A DNA stretch of 64,000 nucleotides from an archaeon BMS3Abin17 (GCA_002897655.1 BDTJ01000044.1:1605-65604); one strand, 5' to 3'. Positions 49,062 to 58,619 are shown, numbered from the stretch's first letter. Notes: generated by a model not told the origin, from the letters alone. Numbers and translations are program-made.

Positions 49062-52000
49062 TTAAACCTTCAAAGTAATTATCTTTGAGACTCCGTCATG
49101 CATGCTTACACCATAAAGATTTGAGGCATTTGTAATCACTTCGTCATTGTGGGTTATTACTATATACTGGCCTTTTTGCATGTATTTTCTGAGAAGGCCT
49201 GCAAGTCTCTCAGAATTTCTTTTATCCAATGCTGCATCAATCTCATCAAGTATGTAAAAACAATACGGGCTGTATTCCTGAATTGCAAAGATAAGGGATA
49301 ATGCCACAATAGTCTGTTCTCCTCCTGAAAGAGAGGTAACATCAAAGTATTTTCCATGCCCTGTCTTGACAATTATATTCACCCCCCCTTCAAAAGGGTC
49401 TTTTCTATTTTCCAATTCTAATGAAACCCGCCCCTTTGTGCTTAATTGAGAGAAATTCCTTGAGAAGGTCTCATTTAATGAATCAAGGGTTTTAAAGAAA
49501 GTCTTTTTCTTTTTAATATCAATCTCATGAATAATCTTCATGATTCCTTCTTTTTCCTTGTTGATTATCTCTACTTTTTCTTTTATCAAGTCATATTCTT
49601 TTTTTATTGAATCATAGACTTCTAATGAACGCAGATTAACGGTTCCAATTTTTGATAATATTTCTTGTGTTCTTTCCAGCTTATGAATAAGAGACTCTTT
49701 TGTTGCTTTTATTATCTCAACATTTGGATATCCCAGCATATCTGTCTCTAAATTCTCAATTGCTGCATCAATCTTTGCTTTTTCTATTTTTAATAAATTA
49801 GTATCCTGCTCAAAATTATGAATTGAATTTTGCCTGGTCAAAATAAAAGACTCAAAATCCCTTATTTTCTTCTGCAGGCCTTCTCTTTCAGAGATTAGTT
49901 TTTGGAATTTTCTGGTAAGGGCCTCTTCCTTGCCTTTTTTATCTTCTAAAAAACTCTCTTTTTCTTCAATACTCTCCTTTAGGTCAGAAACATCCTCTTT
50001 GATATCTTCTTCATCACTAGTTAATTGTTTTAAAGCTGCTTTTGAACGGTCTAATTCTCTTTTCTTAAATGAAGTCTCTGAATCCAAGGTCTCTTTGCTT
50101 CTCATAGATATCTCCTGAATCTCTATTCTTGCAGTCTCATATTTTTGCTCCAGATTAGAATTCCTGTCAGATTTGCTTTCAAGAGATTTTCTTCTTTTTT
50201 CTAATTCAATCATCTCTTTCTTAGAGTCCTCAATTTTTTCATGCAACATTTTTATCTGCTCTTTTTTATCATTGATTCCGAATATTTTAATCTGGTCAGA
50301 CTTTCTACTAGATATCTCTGAATCTATTTCATCTATCTTTTTGTTTAAGATTGCTTTGCTATTGCCTATTTGCTTAAACTCTTTTTCTGATTCTTCTATT
50401 TGCTTTTTAAGATGGTTTATCCTTGGATTAACTTCTTTATGAATTGAAGAAATATGGTCTTTAGTTATCTTGCTTTTGCACAATGGACAAATGTCCATTT
50501 TTGAGATATTTTCCCTAATTTTATTTTGCTTGTCTATTTCATAGCTATTTGTGTAAGATATTTTTTCAAGCTCTTTTTCTCTTTTTTCCAAGTTTTCAAT
50601 CTTTTGTTTATTATTAGATAAGGAAACTTTAAGAGAGTCTAATTTGCCTGAATCTGTGTTTTTGTCAAATAATTCCCTTGTAAGAACCTCTATTTGCTTG
50701 ATTAAATAATCAGACTCTGTTTTATAACTCTGCAAAAGAGAGTTTTTGTCCTCCATTCTCTCTTTAATTGATTTTAATTCTGACTTAGTCATATAAAACT
50801 CTTTTCTTTGCTTTTCCAGATTATCAAGCTCTTGTTTTTTCTCTTCTATGTCTTTTTGCTTTTTTGAAGCAGATGATTTAGAACTCTGCAGTTCTTTTAT
50901 TTCTGATTCTAAATCCCTTATTTTTTGAGCCAGATCTATTCTTTGATTTTCAACTTCAGAGAGCTTTCTTTCAGAATTATCCAACCTTACATTTAAACCA
51001 GCTAATTCTGCTCTTAAATTAGCTATTTCCTGGTTCAATTTTTCCTGCTCTATTCCAGTAGATTTTTGAATATTTTGGTTTATTGAACTTATTTTTGATT
51101 CAAAGCTTTCAATAGTAACCCTTGTATTTGTTATTATTTTTTTTATCTTATTTATCTCATTATCTTTTTCCAGAATTCGCTTGTCCATCTTTTCTCTTTC
51201 TCTTTTTCTATTTGTTAAATCAGAATGAATTATGCTTGCTCTGTATCTTTTGGCATCTTTTTCAAGTTTCTTAAATCTCAAGGCCTCCTGCCTTTCTCTT
51301 TCAAGATTATTCAAATATGCTGTTCTCTCCCTTAGTATTGATGAAACTTCTTTTAATTTATCCCCTGTTCTTTCTAATTCTTTCAGAGACTTTTGCTTTC
51401 TTACCTCATATATTGAGATTCCAGAAACCTCTTCTATTATTTTTCTTCTCTCTTCTGTATGCATTCTTACAAAATTCTGAATCTCTCCCTGCAAGATAAT
51501 ATTAAATCCATTAGGGTCTATTCCTGCCTGTGCCAATAAGGTCAACACCTCTTGTCTTGTCTTTGTCTCATTATTTATCCTGTAGATACTCTGCCCGTTT
51601 TTTCTTACAATCCTCTTTATTGAAATCTCATTATTATCTATAGAAAAAATCTTATCAGAGTTATCAAAAACAATCTCAACTGATGCTTCTTTTGCAGGAG
51701 ACAATGCCTTTGTTCCCAGAAATATCAGGTTTTTTGCTTTTGCTGCCCTCATTGACTTGATTGAGAGTCTTCCCAATACAAAACACAAAGCATCTGTTAT
51801 GTTTGAATTATGGACAAAGATATTATTAGCCAAAAAGTTGTGATGTTCATCTACACATAAATCATAAACCCACCCTTCTCCATTTATCTCGCTTATATCT
51901 GTTATTTCGTCCCAGAAAATATCAGAATACGCCAAAAAATTTAATTTTTTTATTAATTCAGAGTTTCCTTTAAACAATTGTTTTGACAATAACTGAAGAC

Positions 52001-53516
52001 CATTTCTTGAAGGAAAGCATTGATTATAACAGTATGCCTCAAGGAGGGGAAATTGCATCTTTGTATGTTTTACATTAATCTTTAATTCCTTAGTTATGTC
52101 TTTAACTAAGTTGTTGATTCCTATTAAATCTGTATTCGGATTGCTCTTCTTTTTTAAGTAATCTTTTATCCTCTGTCTTTTAACTTGGTGAATTAATTGA
52201 ATACTGTCGTCAAATATTCTGAAGTTATCAACCCCAGTAATTATGATTGTTTTGTATTTTCCTGTGAATCCTGATGATTTTATTCCCTTAATTTGGTCTC
52301 TTGTTGAAAACAGAATTCCTAATCTTAGCAGGCAAGTCTCTATGCCTTGTGCTAATGGTGCGCTTTTAGTTGTAATTTCTATGGAACTTTTAGAAACATA
52401 TCCATCCCCGCAGTAAAGTCCGTTAAGTAATTCCGATACCTCCTTACCTGATGAATGTTTTAATAAGATATTTGATATTTTTTTCCCTGAAGTATTAGAT
52501 GCCATCCCAAGTTTTGACAATATCTTTTTTAGTGGTTCAGAATAAATTATTACATCCCAGCAATTAGGCTTGTATTCCCTGACTAAAGGTTTCTTGTTAA
52601 ATAACTTTTCAACCAGAGTTATATAATCATCCACAATATTTTTATCCCCATTAGTAAACCATATCTGACTTGATTCAGCCAGCCTGCCTTCAGCTAAAAG
52701 ATAACCAAAAAACCTTGAAAATTCCGGAGAATTTGTAAAATTAAAACTTGTTTTTTTCCCATTAGAAATCAACTCATTAATCAAATTGGTTATCTCTAAA
52801 TCTGATAAATTCGCGTATCTGAGTATTCTAATCAAATAACAAAAATTAATTGATTGCTTATCCAATAATCCCTTAATCACATAATAAGAGATGCCTATTT
52901 TCTCTGCTAATTGCTTCCAGATTAGATTATCTTTTATTGACCTCAAAATTAAAGAATATTCCTCTTTATAGGGCACATAAATCCCATCATTTTCACTAAT
53001 CAAACTTAAAAGTTCTGTAAAGGTTTTATCTTTGGTCTCAAAATTTAATGCCCTCGGGACAGCAATCCTAACTCCCTGCTTTAATTCGTCAGCTCTTGCT
53101 TCTACAATCTGATTGTTTTTTAATATGAATAAAGGGTGATATTTTGTTGTTTTTACTGCTCTTCCAGACCTGGTTTTTATTGAAAGAATCTTCTCAGGGG
53201 ATGTTCTTTTAACAAATGATTTTACCTTTGTTCTTTCTGTTTTAAGGGTCTTTAAATTCAGGCTAATGACTTCTAAACCATCCCCTGGGATTAAAAAACC
53301 ATCTTCTGTTTTTACTGCTTTGTTCAATCTGGAATTAATTATATTGTCTATTCTCTCACTAGTGCCATCTCCAAGAGTTACAATAGAATCTCCGGTCAGG
53401 CATTTCCCACTTCCATTAGGGCCAAGAACTACATTTATCCCCTGATTAAAAGGTATTTCTGTCTTTCTGATAAAGCTTTTAAATCCGTGCATCACCAGTT
53501 TTTTGATATATGGCAT
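49062..53516 (-). CDS. rad50: Rad50/SbcC-family ATPase with zinc hook, interrupted by an intein in the Walker A motif
   Basis: GPNGSGK|C...HN|SNITDALCFVLG. CPLC zinc hook in mid coiled-coil. LSGGE signature, Walker B (ILDEIDAALD) and H-loop. The extein is 952 aa. Confidence 0.8.
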   Translation of the reverse strand: MPYIKKLVMHGFKSFIRKTEIPFNQGINVVLGPNGSGKCLTGDSIVTLGDGTSERIDNIINSRLNKAVKTEDGFLIPGDGLEVISLNLKTLKTERTKVKSFVKRTSPEKILSIKTRSGRAVKTTKYHPLFILKNNQIVEARADELKQGVRIAVPRALNFETKDKTFTELLSLISENDGIYVPYKEEYSLILRSIKDNLIWKQLAEKIGISYYVIKGLLDKQSINFCYLIRILRYANLSDLEITNLINELISNGKKTSFNFTNSPEFSRFFGYLLAEGRLAESSQIWFTNGDKNIVDDYITLVEKLFNKKPLVREYKPNCWDVIIYSEPLKKILSKLGMASNTSGKKISNILLKHSSGKEVSELLNGLYCGDGYVSKSSIEITTKSAPLAQGIETCLLRLGILFSTRDQIKGIKSSGFTGKYKTIIITGVDNFRIFDDSIQLIHQVKRQRIKDYLKKKSNPNTDLIGINNLVKDITKELKINVKHTKMQFPLLEAYCYNQCFPSRNGLQLLSKQLFKGNSELIKKLNFLAYSDIFWDEITDISEINGEGWVYDLCVDEHHNFLANNIFVHNSNITDALCFVLGRLSIKSMRAAKAKNLIFLGTKALSPAKEASVEIVFDNSDKIFSIDNNEISIKRIVRKNGQSIYRINNETKTRQEVLTLLAQAGIDPNGFNIILQGEIQNFVRMHTEERRKIIEEVSGISIYEVRKQKSLKELERTGDKLKEVSSILRERTAYLNNLERERQEALRFKKLEKDAKRYRASIIHSDLTNRKREREKMDKRILEKDNEINKIKKIITNTRVTIESFESKISSINQNIQKSTGIEQEKLNQEIANLRAELAGLNVRLDNSERKLSEVENQRIDLAQKIRDLESEIKELQSSKSSASKKQKDIEEKKQELDNLEKQRKEFYMTKSELKSIKERMEDKNSLLQSYKTESDYLIKQIEVLTRELFDKNTDSGKLDSLKVSLSNNKQKIENLEKREKELEKISYTNSYEIDKQNKIRENISKMDICPLCKSKITKDHISSIHKEVNPRINHLKKQIEESEKEFKQIGNSKAILNKKIDEIDSEISSRKSDQIKIFGINDKKEQIKMLHEKIEDSKKEMIELEKRRKSLESKSDRNSNLEQKYETARIEIQEISMRSKETLDSETSFKKRELDRSKAALKQLTSDEEDIKEDVSDLKESIEEKESFLEDKKGKEEALTRKFQKLISEREGLQKKIRDFESFILTRQNSIHNFEQDTNLLKIEKAKIDAAIENLETDMLGYPNVEIIKATKESLIHKLERTQEILSKIGTVNLRSLEVYDSIKKEYDLIKEKVEIINKEKEGIMKIIHEIDIKKKKTFFKTLDSLNETFSRNFSQLSTKGRVSLELENRKDPFEGGVNIIVKTGHGKYFDVTSLSGGEQTIVALSLIFAIQEYSPYCFYILDEIDAALDKRNSERLAGLLRKYMQKGQYIVITHNDEVITNASNLYGVSMHDGVSKIITLKV
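51807..53402 (-). other. intein (532 aa) with LAGLIDADG homing-endonuclease domain, inserted between K38 and S of the Rad50 P-loop
   Basis: Begins with Cys and ends with HN followed by Ser. Two LAGLIDADG motifs (FFGYLLAEGRL, LNGLYCGDGYV). The flanks reconstitute GPNGSGKSN. Confidence 0.75.
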
Positions 53517-53665
53517 TTTTCTCCTTATATTATAAAAATGACATGCTTAAAAATCTCAGAAATTGAAAATTTCTTGGACTGTCAAAAATTTGTTTTTGAA
53601 GTCTTTGATTTTTATTGTATGGCATGAGTAGAAAACGATGAATGTGTTTTTAAAAGTTGTTGGTG

Positions 53666-54366
53666 TTAAAACTTCAACTTCCTCTGCTCTAATTTCTCAA
53701 ATGCCCTCTTCCATGTGCTCCAGGTCCTCCTGAATATTCCCTCTTTTTGATGTTTATGCGCATATTTCTCAAGGAACTTAATTGTGGCTGGGTCAGAAGT
53801 ATATCCAGATCCAATCTCATCCCCATATCTTTCTTTAATCTTGTCCATTTCTCTTTCTCTAACACTTTTTGCCAAAATTGATGCAGCAGAAACAGCAAGG
53901 TGATTTTTATCTGCCTTGTGTTCACAGGAAATTTCTAAATTTGAAAGATTCTTTATTTTTGTCTTTAAGAAATCCTGCCACTTTGAAATTGTTGGGGAAG
54001 GGCAATCAACAATTACCTTTACTTTTTTATACCCTTTATTGATTTTGTTTATTATCTTGGCACACATAATTGCTTCTAACTCATTTAGTTTTGTGCCATT
54101 AACACTTGTGCTATCTATTTCATTTGGATATACTTTTATTATCTCAAAGGTTTCTGCTTTTTCTTTGATTATTTTTTCCAAGAATTCTCTTCTTTTCTGA
54201 GTTAATTGCTTACTGTCCCTTACACCAAGTCTTTTGAATTCTTTTTCAACTTTTTCATCAATCAAACACCCTGCCAAAACCATTGGGCCAATGACTGGAC
54301 CTTAAGGCGAACAATAATATAATAAAAATTATACTACAATTCTCTACCTGCGTCGTCAATGCCCAA
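53666..54366 (-). pseudogene. rnhB: RNase HII gene disrupted by a 41-nt stop-containing insertion (54302-54342) that separates the catalytic GIDDAGR segment (TTG start at 54366) from the rest (GPVIGPMVLAG...)
   Basis: Removing nt 54302-54342 joins ...GIDDAGR to GPVIGPM... in frame. The body has the RNase HII motifs DSKQL and AVSAASILAK. Confidence 0.5.
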
Positions 54367-54368
54367 GA

Positions 54369-55403
54369 TTAAATTGCAAGAATGCTCTTTTTTACTGGCA
54401 ATTTTATCCATTTTCCATCTTTTTTATTCCTCCTTATTAAATTTAGTTTCTCAAGTTCTTTGAGCCTTCTAAATGAAGCCTTCCAACAAACATTAAATTT
54501 CTTTGCAAGCTCTGCAGTCTGTTTAGGTCTATCTAAGAAAAGTAGATATCCCTTTTTAAGCTTTGATATAATAATGAGATTCTTATCATTTGTCCAATAA
54601 TCAATGCTTCCCACTCTAAAATTATGTACTCTCCTTTGTTTTTTTAATAAAACCAGTACATCCTGTGTCCTTGCAAATGATCTTTTAAATTTATTTGATA
54701 AATCTCGCGTTGTTAAGGGTTTTTCTAAAATAGTATAAATTTTCTTAATTAAATAATGTTTTTCATAATGTTCTTGTTTAAAATCATTATAAACTCTCCA
54801 AAATTTCTCTTTTTTTAAGGGATGTAAGTCTGCTAATTTTAATTTTGCAAAAACATCCCAATTAAATTTCTTAGTAATTACATAATTTCTATTTCCTGTC
54901 TCAAATGAAAAACTTATATTTAAAGAATTCAATAAATCATCTATAAACTTTTTTCTTTCTTTCTGAGATACTCTTAGAACACGGACACTTTTTCTGCCAA
55001 CATGTACATTACCTTCTCCAGCAAAAAATCCTTTTAATATATTTGGGAAGAATTCTTTCTTATCCAAAAAAAATTTTACAATCTTCTTCCACTCCTTAAC
55101 CATCTCAACTGAAGCAAATCTAAGAATAAAGAAAGGTTTTATTGCCTTTTTATGAACATAATACTTTACTACACAGTTTTTATAATGTATTTTAACCTTT
55201 TTTTTGTCTTTAGAGTAAACATATATTCTAGGATTATAATTATGTTTGTAAAATATCTTATTAATTGTTCTATAAAATAAATTTACTAAATCCCAACAAT
55301 TATTTGTGAATGTAATCTCTGATTTAGTTTTGTTATCTCCTTCTGCTAACCATAAACCAACACATTTTGCGATATTTTCATTTGGGGCTAATAACCTGTC
55401 CAT
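54369..55403 (-). CDS. free-standing double-motif LAGLIDADG endonuclease-like protein with C-terminal winged-helix domain
   Basis: VGLWLAEGD and LKGFFAGEGNV motifs. C-terminal HTH-like ELAKKFNVCWKASFRRLKELEKLNLIRR. Its stop abuts the rnhB start. Confidence 0.55.
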   Translation of the reverse strand: MDRLLAPNENIAKCVGLWLAEGDNKTKSEITFTNNCWDLVNLFYRTINKIFYKHNYNPRIYVYSKDKKKVKIHYKNCVVKYYVHKKAIKPFFILRFASVEMVKEWKKIVKFFLDKKEFFPNILKGFFAGEGNVHVGRKSVRVLRVSQKERKKFIDDLLNSLNISFSFETGNRNYVITKKFNWDVFAKLKLADLHPLKKEKFWRVYNDFKQEHYEKHYLIKKIYTILEKPLTTRDLSNKFKRSFARTQDVLVLLKKQRRVHNFRVGSIDYWTNDKNLIIISKLKKGYLLFLDRPKQTAELAKKFNVCWKASFRRLKELEKLNLIRRNKKDGKWIKLPVKKSILAI

Positions 55404-55540
55404 AGCAAGATTTACAATCTCTCTTTCTTTTTAAAGTGTTGCATTACTTTTATAGTTATAATCTGGTTCACATAATTTTTTAATCAGTTAAATTTAAAAG
55501 CCTTCCACATCTTTCAATTAAAGTACTCCGAATATAACAT

Positions 55541-55652
55541 AGCAGGGTGGAGCAGATTTGCGTAAATTCTAACCGATTTTGCAAAGCTCAATCTGGAGTG
55601 CTCGTCGGGCCCATAACCCGGAGGTCGTGTGGTTCAAATCCCACCCCTGCTA
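55541..55652 (+). tRNA. tRNA with CAT anticodon (Met/Ile2-type) carrying a ~36-nt intron at a non-canonical position (D-arm region)
   Basis: Acceptor AGCAGGG/CCCTGCT. Anticodon stem-loop TCGGG-CCCATAA-CCCGG. T-loop GGTTCAAATCC. The 112-nt span minus 76 nt mature length leaves ~36 nt extra between the D-stem halves GAGC...GCTC. Confidence 0.5.
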
Positions 55653-55726
55653 TTTTTAAGATGAAAATCAAAGATTTTCAATCATTTAAACACTCACGCG
55701 ATAATGTGTCACATTAACGTGTTTAA

Positions 55727-55909
55727 ATGAAATGCCCGCATTGTAATCAAGATTTATTCATACAAATAGCTACAAAAACTAATTGTAAAAATTGCAGAAT
55801 TCTTCCTAATATGACTTCAATAGTAACAGTCCAGTGCGATAAATGCAAGCATGTCTTTCAGATACCTATTCAGAGTAAGAGTATTCTTGGTGTAAAAGAA
55901 GATAAATAA
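55727..55909 (+). CDS. small zinc-ribbon protein
   Basis: CPHC...CKNC...CDKC in a 60-aa ORF. Confidence 0.3.
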   Translation: MKCPHCNQDLFIQIATKTNCKNCRILPNMTSIVTVQCDKCKHVFQIPIQSKSILGVKEDK

Positions 55910-56689
55910 AAAAATTAAACAAAAGTTATCTCTTCTTTTTCTTTTTTGGAAACAAATGGCTCAGTGCTCCAATAGCCATCGCTACTATTATGTAAGTCCA
56001 GTTATGCATCCACAAACCATATCCAAGAACAACAAATGCAACTAAATGAAATAATTGAGTCCATGGATTTCTATGCATATCCACTATTTTGTCAAACATT
56101 TTCCACCCCCTTTTGATAGGTATATCAACGAATTATTGTTTAAAAATCTAATTGAAAAAGCTTTAAGGTAAATTATTAGAAATTAAATTTTTTCTCCATT
56201 AACAATATATCCATACCACTTGCTGAAAGATATCCCCTCCTATGACGAAGAACCTTCTGGCATTAATTCTTTTGGGAATATCATTGTACGCCTTAAAAAA
56301 TCTTCTATAGATAACCGATTAGCTTCACAATCATTCCAAGAAACTAACCTGACCAGCCATCTCCATTTTACACGGGCTATAGCCAGCTCTCAAAGCACAC
56401 TGGTTTCCTTCAGAATCCATAAAAAAAGTCCTTCTCATATATGAAAATCCATAAAAAGGACACTTAGTTCTTGTTTTTATATCTGATAGATTAAGTATAT
56501 CATTCATAGATTATTTAAGATTGTTATGTTTAAAAAAATAATTGTGATTAGAAGATAAGCTTTAAAAACAATCAGATTATCATATTCATAAGTTGCTGAG
56601 CGCAATCATGTATTGCGGGAGGTTACTAACAAGTACTATAAAATGGCACGAATAGAAGATAGTAAAATTAAATTTGTAGGAGGATAAAA

Positions 56690-56875
56690 ATGAAAGGAAA
56701 AGTTAAATTTTTCAATAGAACAAAGGGATTCGGATTTATAGCTGGAGAAGATAGCAAAGAATATTTTGTTCATGAGTCTGGGATAAAGCAAGGACCTATA
56801 GACGAAAACGATGATGTTACTTTTGACGTTGAAGAAGGAGATAGAGGACCAAAAGCAGTTAATGTTAAAAAATAA
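56690..56875 (+). CDS. csp: cold-shock protein (CspA family, bacterial type)
   Basis: [19 protein letters not shown]1 and VHESGI RNP2 motifs. Length 61 aa. Confidence 0.8.
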   Translation: MKGKVKFFNRTKGFGFIAGEDSKEYFVHESGIKQGPIDENDDVTFDVEEGDRGPKAVNVKK

Positions 56876-57345
56876 GATTGAATCTTAATCCTGTTTTTAG
56901 ATGCTGAGATTCTTTTATAATCATTTATTTTTTATTAAATTGTTGGTTTCTGTAAAGATGATATAGTTCAGCCCAGAATCTTTTTAATTAATTTAATGTT
57001 ATAATCTAATGGAAACAAGACAAGGAATTGATGTGAATCCAATTTGGAATTTGATGACTTGCCTTTTTTATGAATGTTGCGATAAAAAAGAAGAAAGAGA
57101 AAAAACTTTAATATTAGGAAAGTGTATGTATAACCCAAGTGTATTCAAATGTGAGGAATTTCAAAAAAGAAGTAAAGGGGTAGTTTATGACTTAGATTAT
57201 CTATAATGGTAATTCTTAGATATCTTCCTTATTTATAATATGATTATACCACCTTCTAAAAGGCACTCCTTCCCAATCTTGAGTTCCTTTAGGCCTTAGT
57301 TCATTTGGGAAAATAGAAGCTATTTCTAAAGCATCCCCAAAAACT

Positions 57346-57466
57346 GCATCAAAAAGTCCTTGTGTTTTACCGCACCTTAAAAGGTGCGGTTTGTTTGGAC
57401 TTTAGGATGTCCAAGGATTCATCCACACACTAAAGTGTGTGGTTTTCTCCAGGAATCCCTGGCATA
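57346..57466. repeat. 121-nt hairpin-rich repeat, copy B
   Basis: Identical to copy C over ~115 nt and an inverted match to copy A. Confidence 0.8.
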
Positions 57467-57749
57467 ATTAAATGAATGATTAAGATTACAATCTTCCCAG
57501 TTAATCTTTTGTTTATTCATTTCCATAATACAAGGATGTAACTATGAGTGCACACTGATTTCCCTGCGAATCTCTAAGACTTCCTTGATTAAAGGAAAAT
57601 CCATAAAAAGGGCATCTTGGTCTTGTTTTAAAAGTCATGTGAAGCAAAAAATGTTTAGGTTTAAATAAATAATTGTAACAAACAATAACCTTTAAAACTT
57701 CATAATTTATTCTATATTCATGCCTTATCATAGGCATGACCTTTTCAAG

Positions 57750-57951
57750 GCCTCGATCGCATAATGGTATTGCACGAGATTGCTAATGCCCAACTTTCCT
57801 TACCGGGAGAACGAAAGTTCTCAGGGCCCAAAGAACCATGGGTTCTTAGGGGGAAAGAAAGTTCGGCGCTCAAAGAACCACATCAGGCTCTGCGAGCATA
57901 GTAAACATCTCGATCCTTCGGGATGCGCAGGTTCGATTCCTGCTCGAGGCG
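57750..57951 (+). tRNA. tRNA-Ser (anticodon GCT) with a 121-nt intron at the canonical 37/38 position
   Basis: Acceptor GCCTCGA/TCGAGGC plus discriminator G. Anticodon stem CGAGA/TCTCG split by the intron (57786-57906). Long variable arm ATCCTTCGGGATG. T-arm GCAGG-TTCGATT-CCTGC. Confidence 0.7.
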
Positions 57952-57989
57952 TATTCACCCTGGTAAAAAGAGTTCTGATATATTTGAAA

Positions 57990-58619
57990 ATGATAAACTC
58001 CTTAAAATCTCTAAGAATCAGTAAATTAGTTGGAAATCTCTCTAAAACAGTATTTAGTGAAGGTTTGCCAGATGAGACTATTCCTTTTGAAGATTTGAAA
58101 AGGCTAAATTTTGATTTAGATATAGATCCATCTCTTTGGAGGAAGTATAAGAGAAGTCATAATTTTAGATACTCTGGAGCTTCAACAGCAGAACATTTGA
58201 CAATGGGCTTAATGAGATTATTATTTGAAAATAAAAATTCTCCAGATATAAATTATTCTACATTGAGAGAAGTATTATCAGAAAAAGATTCAACAAGGAT
58301 TGCTGTTTTAAATGCTCATGAAGGGAATGTTAAAGGTAATTGGATTTATTCTTTTAAGGGGTCTCAGGCCCCAGTCCAGAAGTGGATAGATGAAATTAGT
58401 TCTAGGAATTTGAAATCCAGAAAAAAATATGGGGCGTTATTTGTATGCTGCTGTAATGGAGACTCATTAATTCCTGATTATACAGAAATACCTATATTTT
58501 ATCTTAAAGGAATATTTGAAAGTGGAGGCAAATATCAAAAAGTCCTTGTGTTTTACCGCACCTTAAAAGGTGCGGTTTGTTTGGACTTTAGGATGTCCAA
58601 GGATTCATCCACACACTAA
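57990..58619 (+). CDS. hypothetical protein; start moved downstream of the tRNA, and the 3' end runs into repeat copy C
   Basis: The tracked ORF 57780.. begins inside the tRNA intron. The first Met after the tRNA is used instead. Confidence 0.3.
   Translation: MINSLKSLRISKLVGNLSKTVFSEGLPDETIPFEDLKRLNFDLDIDPSLWRKYKRSHNFRYSGASTAEHLTMGLMRLLFENKNSPDINYSTLREVLSEKDSTRIAVLNAHEGNVKGNWIYSFKGSQAPVQKWIDEISSRNLKSRKKYGALFVCCCNGDSLIPDYTEIPIFYLKGIFESGGKYQKVLVFYRTLKGAVCLDFRMSKDSSTH

Noticed and set aside
49062-53516. 1484-aa ORF as SMC (chromosome condensation) protein
   Set aside because: After the intein is removed, the extein is 952 aa and has a CPLC zinc hook instead of a hinge domain. That points to Rad50/SbcC, not SMC.
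54369-55403. LAGLIDADG ORF as an intein or intron-encoded part of rnhB
   Set aside because: It has no Cys/Ser/Thr first residue and no terminal HN, and it has its own start and stop. It is free-standing and is only physically adjacent to rnhB.
57780-57989. N-terminal 70 codons of tracked ORF 57780..58619
   Set aside because: They overlap the tRNA-Ser gene and its intron on the same strand, so the CDS was trimmed to the first Met after the tRNA. The minus-strand ORF 57513..57737 and the ORF 56220..56444 lie in repeat copies and were not called.
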